This document shows positions 24,130 to 36,599 of a DNA stretch of 64,000 nucleotides, one piece after another (within the stretch, counting starts at the first letter, position 1; every line of letters starts with the position of its first letter). Where the stretch lies: positions 14,880,001 to 14,944,000 of the forward strand of contig NC_043016.1 in the NCBI RefSeq assembly GCF_006345805.1, written 5' to 3'. The notes below the pieces were generated by a model. That model made no database searches. It saw only the letters and a program-made list of their open reading frames with translations, and was not told the origin of the DNA. The stretch comes from Octopus sinensis (taxonomy: Eukaryota). A program made the position numbers and the translations under genes.

Positions 24130-24850
24130 GTTGTGTGTGCACACTGGCATTACAGATCCAGTTGAGAATACTAGCTTCGTTTATTTCAAGCCTACATGTC
24201 TTCAGCAGTCACAGCCCATGTTTCACTGCCTTGTAGCATGGCTGTTCACACACATATATCATACAGTCTACCTTTTACTCTGAGCAAGAGGCCCTTTCTT
24301 ACCAGCAGAGGTAGGAGCACTCTGAACTTTGCCCAGCCTATTCTTATTCTAGCAGCTACACTCCCAGAGCATCCACCCCCCACTACTGACTTGGTCATCT
24401 AGGTAGCAGAAGCTATCAACTACTTCTAGTTTTTCCCCCTGGCATGGAATTTGTTTTCTGTGCATTTTCAGTGTTTATTGCTCCTGTGCATCTGCCATAC
24501 ACAAAAACTAACTTCTCAGTTAGCCTTCTTTTGATATTGCTGCACATCTTATATGTCCATAGCTTATACTGGGTACATCTTATGGAGTTTCTACCTATGC
24601 CTTTTCTACAGATCAAGCAGGGCCATCTACCTGAAGGGATTTGTGATCTGTCTGCCTTCCTACTTACTAAGGCTCTTGTTTTTGCTAGATTGACTCTGAG
24701 GCCCTTTGTTTCTAGACCTTGCTTCCACACCTGAAACTTCTCTAGTTCTGATAGTGACTCAGCTATTAGAGCAAGGTCATCAGCATAGAGGTGTCCCAGG
24801 GTTAGTCCATCTTGAATTCCTGTTATTGCTTGGAGGACTATGATATATAC
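24130..24850 (-). pseudogene. RTE-type reverse transcriptase relic with Cys-rich finger after the RT core
   Basis: LYADDLALIAES...WKQGLETKGLRVNLAKT...RWPCLICRKGIGRNSIRCTQYKLWTYKMCS; degenerate KLTVYDMCV downstream. Confidence 0.85.
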
Positions 24851-25156
24851 ATACATTTTCTGTCTCTCTCCATATTTTCCCTCTCAACTCTTTCTGTTGA
24901 AACATCAAAGACTTTTCCATTCTTCCCAGAGTGTCAAACTAATACACCTGTTCGTTGTTCCCTCACCTGTCTTCATCTTTTTTTTCTGTGAAAGGAAATA
25001 AGAGAGGCAAAAGAAAGGTAGGTAATTGACCAATGTGAGAATATTGAGGGTAGCATTTCTAGCAACAATACAAAACATAGTACAATTCTTTATTTCTGAG
25101 ATGAGGAATTTTATATTATGCATTCATCTGAGTGGTGTCTTCATCTTTGTTGCTTT

Positions 25157-25200
25157 CACAACATTTCAGCTGTTGTATGCTCCAGCCTTCTTCAGGTGTC
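25157..25200 (-). ncRNA. Degenerate minimal hammerhead motif (third family)
   Basis: gacac-CTGAAGA-aggctg gagcatacaa cagct-GAAA-tg-TT-gtg; CG>TG changes relative to the partner copy at 25305-25348. Confidence 0.55.
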
Positions 25201-25304
25201 TTGTGTTGAACTTCATTGTTGTGTCAACATTTTGAATCTAACTCTTTATTTGATCCATGGGGTACATTGTTCTCTTTCTGATACAGCAACCAAGTTCAAA
25301 AGAA

Positions 25305-25348
25305 GACACCTGAAGAAAATTAGTGCATACAACAGGCGAAACGTAGTG
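25305..25348 (+). ncRNA. Degenerate minimal hammerhead motif, inverted partner of 25157-25200
   Basis: gacac-CTGAAGA-aaattagtgcatacaacaggc-GAAA-cg-TA-gtg; stem II eroded. Confidence 0.5.
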
Positions 25349-25949
25349 AAAGCAACAATCATGAGAACAACATCTGACTAATATAAACAGCATACATAGT
25401 CCAAAATGTGTGCTCCAACTTGTAGAAGATCTCACTAAAAGAAAGCACCATCATAGGAAAAGCATACAGAAGAAAAAGAAATAATGGGAAGATTTCTATC
25501 TTCCCATTATTTCTCAGAGTACTACTGAGAACTATACAATTAGTAAAACTGTAGAGATCCAAAAATGTTCAGGAATCTTCAAATGACACCAACAACCCAG
25601 TTGTGTGAGGTGACATTAAAGCTGCAGTAAAGTTCCTGAAAGATGGGGGAAAATCAGAAAGAATTGTCAACATCTCTCCTGAACTTCTGAAGAATGAAAG
25701 AGAAGCTTCATGGCAATATGCAATGAATTGTGGCAGACTTGTTAATGACCATCACTCTTGACTCAGTTATTAATCATAGGGATTCTCAAGAAAGACAGTC
25801 TACAACTACACCAGAATTATCACAGCAACAGGTAACAACAAGCACGTGAGAGTCATCCTATAGTGATTGAAACTATAGACAGAACATACCTGAACCAAGA
25901 AATAGACAGGCTTCTGTAAAAGTAAAATCTATGGCAGGTCTCAAGCCAG

Positions 25950-26140
25950 TGAGATGGCAGAATCATTAGAAAACCAAGCAAAATACTTAGCAGAATTTTG
26001 TCCAATCTAATTCCACCAACGTTGACTTTGTGTTTAATCTTTTCGAGGTTGATAAAATAAGTACCTGTTGAGCACTGGGATCAATGTAAGTGACTTAACC
26101 TCTCCCCTGAAATTGCTGGCCTTGTGCCAAAATTTGAAAC
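25950..26140 (+). mobile_element. Third SINE family fragment; related pieces at ~40695-40830 and ~612-690
   Basis: Shared gactttgcctttcatcc...gataaa(a/t)taagtacc...cactggg motif. Confidence 0.55.
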
Positions 26141-28269
26141 TTATATTAGTCAGATCTTCAACATCCTTGATCCTCTGTGAGAAATATTTACAATTCCAAA
26201 ATAAGATTTATATTATATCATCACAGTCTTTAAAAAGGCGTTTGATAAAGAATGGCATTGATGTTCTATGAGCCACAAAGAAAAAATTCAACATGGAACC
26301 AAAGCAAGCTTGTACTATTGAACAGTATTCCTTGATGCCAAAACAGTAAAGAACTTCACCCAAACTCTGACACACAACTGCAACAGATGAAGAAAACCGG
26401 TAGACATTTTATCACAGCAGAACCCTAATGACTCTTATCAGTAACTTAGGATTAAAGGCAAAACAAAAACACATATATATATATATACGTAGGCACTGGT
26501 GTGGCTGTGTGGTAAGAAGTTTGCTTCTCAACCACATGGTTCTAGGTTCAATCCCACTAAATGGTACTTTGAGCAAGTGTCTGCTATACCCCAGATCAAC
26601 CAAAGTCTTGTGAGTGGATTTGTTAGATGGAAACTAGGAAAAGGTTGTCATGTATGTATATATATATCTATATATGAGTGTCTTTGCATTTGTGTTTGTC
26701 ACCCACCACCACATGACACTAGTGTTGGTTTGCTCATGTCCACATAACTTAGTAGTTTGACAAAAAGAGATCGATAAGATAAGTATCAGGCTTATTCTGA
26801 GTACTTGGGTTGATTTGTTCAACTAAATCTTTCATGATGGTGCCCCAGAATAACCATAATTCAATGACTGAAACAAGTAAAAAGTAAGAGGTGTCTTTAC
26901 ATACATACACACACACATACATAACATGCATATCTTGCAATCAACCAGACTATCTGATGTTGTTATACATCACTGGTCACAATGCACTTTGCATCATTTT
27001 TTAGCTTTCGAATGATACTACCCTGCTGGCTAGGGGAGCAGGCCAGCATTACTCTTGAAATGGAATCTATTCTCTCAGAGGGTGACCCATTTATAGCTGA
27101 GTGGACTGCAGCAACATGAAATGAAGTGTTTTGCTCAAGAATACAATGCACAATCGGTCCAGAAACTGAACCTGTGATTTAGTGGTTGTGAGTGCAGCAC
27201 CCTAACCAATGGGCCATGCACCTTCATAAGATATGTATAAGCAAAAAATTTTGCTACATTAAAAGCCATAGAAAATCTAAATGTTTTGCAAGATTGCCAA
27301 TTATCTTAAAACCATTGTCTGCTGACGGGATCCATTTTGAATGCCAAAAATGTGTAGGCTCCAAATGGTTGCTTACCTGCTAGAAATAGCTGCCAATTCA
27401 CTTTTAAATCATAACTCTCTCAGGAAAGAAAACCATTGATGGTATGGCACTGGATGATCAGTGTCATGGCTAAAATAAAACAATAATAGTAATAATGATG
27501 AAATTATTGCGCTCAGGCGCATTACAGCTCATCAAAGGTGTATGTACAGAACATAGAATTATGTAGAAAAGTCGAGAAAGTGAACAGTGTATGAGTCATG
27601 ATATACATGTGTGCATGTGTATGGAGGGGGAAGGGGATGTCAGGTGTAGTGTTGGTGAATTTCAGGGAGCATGGAGGTTTTAAAGGATGCAATGCCTTGG
27701 CAACTTGATTAGTGGTATATTATTAGGCCTTCTTGTAGCATTCCAGAATGATTTTTTTTACTTTTGTGTAAAACGCTATCATCTGTGAAAGTCTGTGTTC
27801 TTGCAACTAACCATTCATTATTTTTTGTGGAAACTGAACTCTTCATTCAAATCAGGAAAAAAAAGTGATGTCCAAGTTAAATACTGAACATCATTGGGTT
27901 CTGTTAGGATTTCTCTTATTGTCCAGAAAAGAACTGTTTCAATAAAGGCATTGAAAATGTAATATTTAAATTCTATTACACAACACATTCACCAATTATA
28001 AAGTACAAGATTTTGTTTCTTGTAACTTACATTGTATTAATTCTTTAGGGTTCACAGATTATTCTATCAAATATAATGCTTATTTATTCAAACGGTTTTG
28101 AATCAATCAAGCATTTTGTCATAGGTTTGAGATTTTGATGATGGAAAAATATTTGGATCAAACGTGGCCAATTTAAATTTTAAAGGTTGGTTTTATGTCT
28201 ATCATAGAGACTTCCAAATCTTTCCACAAAACTGGATTGTGCTTTCTCTTCTTACGTTGTTATATTATG

Positions 28270-28545
28270 GTAATGATAATGGTGGTGGTGGTGGTGGCAG
28301 TGGCATTTGTGGAGGCGGCAGTGATGGTGGTCATGGCAGCAGTGGCAGTGGTGGTGACGGTCACAGCAACAGTGGCAACAGCAGTGGTGGTTGTAGTTGT
28401 GGTTGTGGTGATGGTGGTGGTAATGGTGCCAATAAGAGAGGAGGAGAGGAGGTGTAGGCTAAGGTGGAGTAGGTGGTGGAGAGGTAGGCTGAAGAGGAGT
28501 AGGCAGAAGAGGAGAGGGAGTACGATGATGATGATTGTGACTCTA
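28270..28545. repeat. GGT/GGA low-complexity tract
   Basis: Degenerate (GGT)n/(GAG)n. Confidence 0.85.
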
Positions 28546-29514
28546 ATGAAATATAATTCTTCCACATATATAATCGCACACAGCTAATTGGTCTTAATCC
28601 ATTTTTACACACATCTTAGTTCATTAAAGACAGTCTAAACAAATCTGTGTTTTGTGGTCCGACATTGATATTTGTATAGGACAAAAAAAAAATCATTAGA
28701 GTTATTTTCAGATAAGGTGACAATACATTTTTTTCCCTTTTTATTAGCATCCATTGTCATGAGCAAATACCAAAGACCAAAGATGAGAATTGGTAGACAC
28801 TGCGTTTGTTTATTTAGCTGTTAACTTTTCAATTGATTTCATTGGGAATCGATAAAGGAGAATAAAGTTTTGTCATGATTAATGATTTTTTTTATGGTTT
28901 AAGATTTTATTTATTTATTTACCTAATTACTGTAGTGGCCTGATAAAAAAAATTAAATAAAACGCATACAAAAACATTTGTATGTAAACGTTGCTGCATA
29001 TAAACATGAGTGTGTGTGTGGGGTGTGTATGTAAACATACACACATGCATACACACACACATCATACTCATCATTCATCATCATAACCTTAGCATCCATG
29101 TTTCATGTTTGCATAGGTTGGATGGAGTTTATTGAGGCAAATTTTCTACAGCCAGATGCCCTCCCTGTCACCAACTCTCACCTATTTCCTTACAAGGTAA
29201 TATTTCCTCATGACCAGAGAGTGTTCTCACAGAATATCGGAAATGGATGACATTCATTTACAACATTAAGTGATGTCATGACAAGGAGCCACAAACACTC
29301 ACACACACACACACACACAAGCATACTTATAAGTATATACACACACACATACACAACAGGCAACTTTCAGTTTCCATGTAACAAATCCATTCACAAGGGA
29401 CTGGTGGTCTTGGGGATATAATAGAAGACATTTTCCCAAGGTACCATGCAGTGAGACTGAACTTGGAACCATGTGGTTGGGAGCAAACTTATTAACCCTA
29501 CAATCATGCCTATG

Positions 29515-29583
<69 letters not shown>

Positions 29584-29696
29584 ACCACCACCACCACTGC
29601 CACTGCCATCATCATCGTCATCATCTAATGTCCATTTTCCATGATGGCATGGGTTAGACAGTTTGATGATGATGATGATGATGATGATGATAATAA

Positions 29697-30191
29697 TGGT
29701 ACGACCATAAAGCTGAAGGCATCATCGAAAATGATAATGCAAAGATCCTATGGGATTTTATGATTCAGTGCGACCATGAGATAGAGAATAGGAAGCTAGA
29801 CATAGTCTTAATTGAGTAAGAAAGCAAACGCTGCTGGATCATAAATATAGCATGCCCAGCTGACAACAAGGTATGCGATAAGGAAGAAAGAAAAGTCGAT
29901 AGATATGAAAAGTTATCTTGAGAGGTTAAGCAGTTGTAGTCGTTGAAAAAGGTGGTAGTAATACCAATAATTGTTGGAACCCTAGGAACAGTGAGTAAAA
30001 ATCTTGAGATGTACATGGAACAAATAGGGGCTGCAATAAGGGTGGAACAATTGCAGAAAACAGCACTGCTTGGAACCGCTCAAATACTCCAGAAGGTGCT
30101 CAAAAAATTAGAGGTGTCACCTTAGTTCCCTGGTAGTGAACAGCTGACACCATAGTACACCTCCAGCGATAGAAGCTGTGCAAAGACAATA

Positions 30192-30243
<52 letters not shown>

Positions 30244-30252
30244 TAATAATAA
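29697..30252 (+). mobile_element. RLE-endonuclease non-LTR retrotransposon 3' end (R4/Dong-like) with (TAA)n tail
   Basis: WYDHKAEGIIENDNAKILWDFMIQCDHEIENRKLDIVLI...NIACPADNKV...KKVVVIPIIVGTLGTV...LQKTALLGTAQILQKVL; (taa)n ~30194-30252. Confidence 0.85.
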
Positions 30253-30394
30253 AATGTGACAGACACAGAGGACCAGTGGCTATGGATGAGGTGGAGTGAC
30301 CTAAAGATAGAGACAGAAGCACTCATATGCGCAGCTCAAGAAGAAGTGTTAAGGATCAACTATATGAAGTGCAGAATAGACTACTGGTAGCAAC

Positions 30395-30960
30395 AAAAGC
30401 AGACTGTGTGGTGAGAGGGGTGAAACAGTATGGCACATCGTTAATGAATGCCCAAAATTGGCACAAAGCAAATACAAAAGACACCATGACAATATGGCAA
30501 GAATGCTCCATTGGGAGCTCTGCGGTAATTGCAGCCTACAAAAGCAAGGACATGGTATGAGCAAACTCCAGAAGGAGTTACTGAAAATGGGACATGCAAA
30601 AGCTTGTGGGATGCAATGACCCAGTGCAATCACCCAACCAGGCATATGAAACTGGACATTGTTGTGTGGGAAATACGAAGGTTTGTGGTCAATGAAGAGA
30701 GTAGATGTGATACCAATAGTAATTGGTGCACTTGCATGTATCAGTATTCAATTACTAACATGGCTGAAAAAGACTGGTGCAAATGTGAAGGTAGGACGCC
30801 TACAAAAATCAGCATTGCTTGGAACTGCAAGAATCCTTTGCAAGGTTCTTGAAGCATGACCAGTAAACAAGTGTCACCTTAGTCTGCTGGCTGTGGACAG
30901 CTGACACTTTCCATCATATCCAGCAAAATAAGCTGTGAGTTTTCATATAATAATAAAATG
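30395..30960 (+). mobile_element. Second RLE-type LINE 3' relic (zinc knuckle + internally deleted RLE)
   Basis: RLCGERGETVWHIVNECPKLAQSKYKRHHDN...WYEQTPEGVTEN...LW...VDVIPIVIGAL...LQKSALLGTARIL. Confidence 0.82.
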
Positions 30961-31074
30961 TAATGATTCTTTGAAACTTTCCAGTATGTACAAACTAGAC
31001 CATCAAAACAAATAAACCAGATTTTGTTGTGAAAGACCAAAACAATAAAGTCTGTTTATTGATTGACACGAGCA

Positions 31075-31330
31075 TACCCTGTGACCATAATATCTCGGCA
31101 AAATAATTTGATATGTTCAGAAAACATAAAGATATGCTAATCAAAATCGAAGAGATGTGGTATCTCAAGATGGTTACAAAACCAGTGATTGAAGGAACAG
31201 TAGGAATGATAAAAAAAGGAACTGAAAATTATTTAAGAATGACGCCTGGCTTACCATCCATGCAGGAAGTACAAAAGATGGTCTTAACTGGTAACTGGTC
31301 ACAGTATTGAGAACAACACTGACATTGTGA
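31075..31330 (+). mobile_element. Third RLE-type LINE 3' relic
   Basis: KHKDMLIKIEEMWYLKMVTKPVIEGTVGMIKKGTENYLRMTPGLPSMQEVQKMVLTG. Confidence 0.7.
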
Positions 31331-31715
31331 ATTTTCTTTCCCTTTTCCCCTTTATTTTCTGTGTTTATTTAAAAAAATTTTTTTTCCTTTTTCTCTTTGT
31401 CTTTCTTCCTCTTTTTCTCTATGACATGACTTTGTAAATGAACAATCTGATGTGCTTATTTTAATGGCTGACCAATAAATACAGTGCGTTTCTCTGCCCT
31501 AGGTGTCACGAAGACACTTGGCAAGAAATGGAAACAGAATTGAAAAAAGATGATAATGAAAATAACAATGATTTGAAATTTTTTCCACAAGGGCAGCTCT
31601 CTGCCTTTTATGATGTAAATGATGATGATGATGATGATGATAACAACAATGAGGAGGAGGAGGAGGAGGAGGGGTGGGCGAGGATATGCATATATATTTT
31701 TGTGAATTCTCCTCC

Positions 31716-31748
<33 letters not shown>

Positions 31749-31750
<2 letters not shown>

Positions 31751-33004
31751 GGGTTGTCCAGAAAGTTCATGCCGATTTATAGTAGCTTACCTTTCGACTT
31801 ATTTTAGAATATGGTGGAGTCCATAAAATAGGATTTGACTACACCTCCATTTAGAGCACAGTTTAAGCTATCTTTTCGTGGAAGAAGGTTTATGTTCCTA
31901 TAACCTGTGTTAATTCTGTAACCCTTTAAAATGGATGATAAGAAAGTTCATTTGCAGCACTTGATGCTTTTCTTTTTCCGTAAAGGGAAAAATGCCTCAC
32001 AAGCAACCAAAGAAATATGCGCAGCTCACGGTGGTGTTTTTTTTATCCAAACGAACTGTACGGAAGTGGTTCGCAAGGTTCTGAGCTGGAGATTGTAGCC
32101 TTATTGATAAAGAGTGATCAGGCAGACCATCCACCACAGATGATGACCAAATCAAGTCATTAATTGAGAATAACCCACATTGCACAACCCAAGAATTGGC
32201 AGAAAGCCTCAACCTATCAAAATCCGTCATTCATGAGCACCTGGTAAAGTTTGGGTATACAAATTGCTACGATGTTTGGGTACCCCATGAGTTGAGTGAA
32301 AAGAACCTTTTGGATCGCATTTCCATCTGTGATTCGCTTTATAAATAGAATGAAAACACATCTTTTTTAAAGCAAATTGTGACAGGTGATGAGAAATGGA
32401 TTATCTACCGAAATGTTCAGAGTAAGCGACATGAGCCACCCCAAAAGCGGGTCTTCACCCTAAAAAAGTCTTGCTTTGTGTCTGGTGGGATTGGAAAGGA
32501 ATTCTGTACTATGAGCTTCTCCCAAGTAGCCAGACAATTCTGAGAAATACTGCATACAACTGGGTGAGTTAAAAGCAGCAATTCAAGAGAAACGTCCAGA
32601 ATTGGCCAACAGGAAGGGTGTTGTTTTCCAACATGATAATGCAAGGCCGCACGTTTCTTTGGGAACCAGGCAAAAATTGCTGCAGCTCGGCTGGGATGTG
32701 TTACCCCACCTTCCATATTCACCAGATATTGCTCCTTTGGATTTCCACTTATTCAGGTCTTTGCAGAATAGTCTTAATGGTAAAAATTTCAATTCCCTGG
32801 ATGATGTAAAAAGATACCTTGATGAATTCTTTTCCACAAAACCACCTCAATTCTGGAAAGAGGGTATTTTCAAGTTAAAGCAAAGATGGAGACACATTGT
32901 GCAACAAAATGGTTCATATTTGGTTGATTAAAAATGTAATGGCAAGTATTTATTGACCTTTTTCTTTCCTTTAAAAATCGGCACAAACTTTCTGGACAAC
33001 CCAA
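31749..33004 (+). mobile_element. Full-length mariner (D,D34D) transposon, 1256 bp, inserted in a TA microsatellite
   Basis: 30-bp TIRs (ttgggttgtccagaaagttcatgccgattt at 31749-31778; 28/30 match at 32975-33004), TA flanks. TTGGGTTG termini resemble the mellifera subfamily (from memory). Confidence 0.93.
31931..32931 (+). pseudogene. Mariner transposase pseudogene
   Basis: MDDKKVHLQHLMLFFFRKG..., WVPHEL, TGDEKW, HDNARPH, YSPDIAPLDFHLF; in-frame stops at 32082, 32115 and 32346 and a frameshift near 32430. Confidence 0.92.
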
Positions 33005-33109
33005 CATATATATATATATATAATTATTTGAAATCTCTGTAAAAGAATGAACCAGTTTCTAATAATGACACAATGCTCCGTTGTTGGAATGGAGATAAAA
33101 AAACAAAAT

Positions 33110-34745
33110 CACATTTTGAACTTCAGAAAAGTCTTGCATCTTTTTACTGTTCCACTTACAGATTATATTTGTAACATGAGATTAGGGCTGGTTGCTTTCC
33201 TTTTCCTGTTAATCCTAGCTTATCCAGATTGTCACTTAGGCATTTACTCACCAAACCAAGTGCACCAATTATAACTGGACAACAATTTTTTAAAATTTTC
33301 TGTTGCATGAGATATTTTTTTGTGATAATTTCAAATTTGTATCAAGTTTTGCTCTCTGTGCTCTAGTTTCCTTGTAATTTGATGATTAATTTTATTTTAA
33401 TAAATTTATTGTTAAATTTGACATATTGAGAAAGAACTGACAATTGTGGTTTTTCAGTTCTTCAAGTAGACACAGATGTGTGAATAATCTTGATGGCTTC
33501 TGCTATGTTTGTGGCTCCTTCACACTTATTCATCAAAGGTGCAATATCACATTGTTTGTGAGACAGGCTTATTGAGTTTATTTTGAGCCCCTCGTGTTGT
33601 GTGTCATAACTGTGAGGAAATGCTTCCTGACTGGATAAAAGGACAAAGAAAGGGGCCTGCTGTTTGGAGTTCCTATGGTTTGGCAATAACCCAGGGACCA
33701 CACAAGTAACTTATTTTTATATGGTTAACACAAAAGACATTGGCAAGAAAAATATGCATAAAATATCTTATCCTAATATTCCTTCAGCAATTACTCCCAA
33801 TTTCAGTTTTCCTTTTTCAAAGACGAAGCTAGTGAACAAGAGTACAAAGATGATAACTAAGATGAAGAAATTACTTCACAATTCCAAGATCTCTCTAATA
33901 ATACCAAAAAATCAACTCCATTACATTTTAGCCAAACAGAACTGAATGACTTAGTGTGTGATTTGGGACTCTCAAAAACTGCAGCTAAAATCTGTGTCCA
34001 GGCTTCAAGAAAAACATCTACTTCTATCCTAATCAGTTTCTCAGCTATGTACACCTATCAATTGTATATAATATATATTTTCAACTAAAAAGCAGATGGT
34101 GATAACATTTATTTTACTCAGTATCGGAATAAGAAATATTATTTTTATAGCTAATTCTTATTGTGGTGTAACTCATATATATGAATAAAGATAGAATCTC
34201 AATGCAAGGATATTTGTTCTTTTCCATCTAGTTTGAAGATAGTATAACTATAAAATTATCAGATGGATTACATCATATCTCAAGAAATATTCGAAAATTG
34301 GAAAATATAAAAATGCTTTAATTGCAAAAAAAAACAGAACTTACAGAGAAAAACTAACTTCATATTTGAATTCAGCATAATCAGATTGGGTAATACCAAT
34401 TGTTGGTATCAATGCAACAAAAATTTTGTTGCTAGTGTAATTATTGGTATAAATGGGAATTTATAACCTAAATATAGAAGCTGGAGATTTCAAAGTCTGT
34501 AGTAATCCTCTTACATTTTGATTTTCAAAGTGATATTCACATCAGCAGGACAGCAGACTTTTATGATGGAACATGCTTTTTCTTGTTTATCCCAAACAAC
34601 AATATCTGGCCTGTTATTTTTATACTTGACAAATGTTTTCATAACAATGTCCCACCAGTTTTCCTTGTACTGATGTTTAATATGTATTCAGTAACAGGGG
34701 GATACTCTATAGTTATCCCAGGGCATTCATTTTTTCGGATGGCAT
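33110..34745 (-). mobile_element. RLE-type LINE relic split in two (34438-34745 and 33110-33274) by a DNA transposon
   Basis: HNAIRKNECP...WWDIVMKT...NNRPDIVVWDKQEKACSIIKVCCPADVNI...YKFPFIPII, then after the insertion IIGALGLVSKCLSDNLDKLGL. Confidence 0.8.
33275..34437 (+). mobile_element. Internally deleted Chapaev3-like (CMC superfamily) DNA transposon
   Basis: RHRCVNNLDGFCYVCGSFTLIHQRCNITLFVRQAY...FGVPMVW...KISYPNIPSAI; right end ...aaaattttgttgctagtg followed by TAA; left end taa|ctggacaacaatttttt lacks the first CA. The family assignment rests on recalled CAC termini/TWA TSD. Confidence 0.62.
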
Positions 34746-36020
34746 TATGTATGTATGTGTGTGTATGATTGTATGTATGAATTTATACATTATGTACCTG
34801 TGTATTGACATATATACATATTTATGCATTTATATATATGCATATATGTGTGTTTGTATACATGTCCCTTAACAAGAAAGCTTAACAGTTATTTTGCTGC
34901 CACCAGCAGTGCTCTCTTATTTTAAACCATTAGCTGTTAACACCATTCCATAAACGTTGCCCCACATACTGCACCTGTCCATTGTATATCTAATAGGTAA
35001 ACTGAACTGTTCTTTGTTGATAAAATGTATGTCTTGAGCTGTTAATACTATTCCATAGCTTTTACTAAAATTATACTAAATTTTACTAGAATTTCAATTT
35101 CACTTCAATCTTTAACTTCAGTCCTTAACTTCAATGTAAAGACAAGATCAGGTCAAAATGATTGGGGATGGAGATAGATGCTGCGGATAACCCAGATGTC
35201 TTACTTACATCATGTTGCTCTCCGAGCTTGACCATGTGTTGCTGCTTGAAATTTATTCCTTAATATGCTAATTAACCCATAACTGGGACCTTAATAAGTG
35301 CTACCATTCTGGATCAGAGTAGAACTGAGAATAATAGAGGCTTAGAGATAGTTCTACACTCTTCAGAACCCTGAAACTCCTGAATCAGGACCCCACTGCT
35401 AGATGCAGTCAGTTTAAAGTCGTACTCAGGACCCTAATTTTACTAAATTTAAGTTGAAGGGTGAATTCTTTTTCTTTTTTTTTTTTTTTTTCATATTTTT
35501 GTTTGGTTTATATTTCATTTGTGTGAATCTGAGTTTAAATTTTTCTTTGGCTCCCAAGCTTTTACGTCTTTATTGTAGAATGGTGCTTGGTCAAATAATG
35601 TTTCTCTCCGATGCTGAAAATTGATACAACTTTAAGAGCTCAAAGCTATACCCATTAAAAAGAAAATTCTTAAATAACTCATTAATCTTTATTGCAAAAA
35701 TTATTGCAAGAGGGAAAAAAATCTGACAAAATAACATTGGAACAACAAAAGGCTCATTCAAAGTCAGATTCACATAACATTCATCTTGCAATATTTTGAA
35801 AGATGAGTGTATTGCAAGACACTTGCAATATTCATTGTAGTAATAGAACATTTCTGTTTGAGACTAAGGACAATAATATAAACATAAACATAAGCTAGCT
35901 AATAATAGACAGTTCTACCATTTATATAAATGATTCTGAGAAAAGTACCGACTGTGTCACAGAAAAATACGACAATTTCTCAGCAAATATGAGATGAAAT
36001 TTTGCAGACAGCTGAATAAA

Positions 36021-36414
36021 TCTTTATATATAAAAGTGAAGTTGTGTGTCTGTCTCCTATGATTTAGATTCCTAACTACTCCCACAATTTGTGGTGCAGT
36101 TTAACCAAAACCGGGTATCTTATAGACGTGATTCATATCGAGTCCTTCTGGGTATTAGCACGCGTCTACGATGACTCTACGATTTAAAAAAAAAATTACC
36201 ATCAATTTTTCCCATTTTTAATGCATTTTTGGCATATATAAGGGAAGTAACTCTCTAAAAATTTATTATTAAATCTCAGAACGTAAAAAGCTACGGTAAC
36301 ACCCCCCCCTTTGTGGTTAGCCATATTGAGATGACTATTATACTTTACATCTCTAAAAATGCTTATATTGTTATTTCCCTTACAAACCCGAGCAACGCCG
36401 GGCGATACTGCTAG
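36021..36414 (+). mobile_element. Non-autonomous Helitron (394 bp)
   Basis: Starts TC(tttatatataaaag), ends CTAG, inserted between A36020 and T36415 with no TSD; subterminal hairpin cccgagcaacgccggg at 36387-36402. Confidence 0.85.
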
Positions 36415-36599
36415 TTAGTTATAAAAAAAAGCAGTCTTAACTACAAATAAGATAAACTTTCAGTGGCACAACAACAGTTGAAGTAATAGTGGAAGCATAA
36501 CAATGGCTACACCAGCAAAATAAGACAACAAATTGGCCAGTGGAAAAGTATGACAATTTAGGGACAATTTCTCACAAAGCATATCAAAAATATTATTAA

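Noticed and set aside
27750-27990. Minus-strand coding-like stretch (…ILTEPNDVQYLTW…, …NNEWLVARTQTF…)
   Set aside because: Under 60 aa, in two different frames, weak splice sites, no recognisable homology
28164-28612. Gly-, Val- or Thr-rich ORFs
   Set aside because: GGT low-complexity tract open in several frames; no splice or homology support
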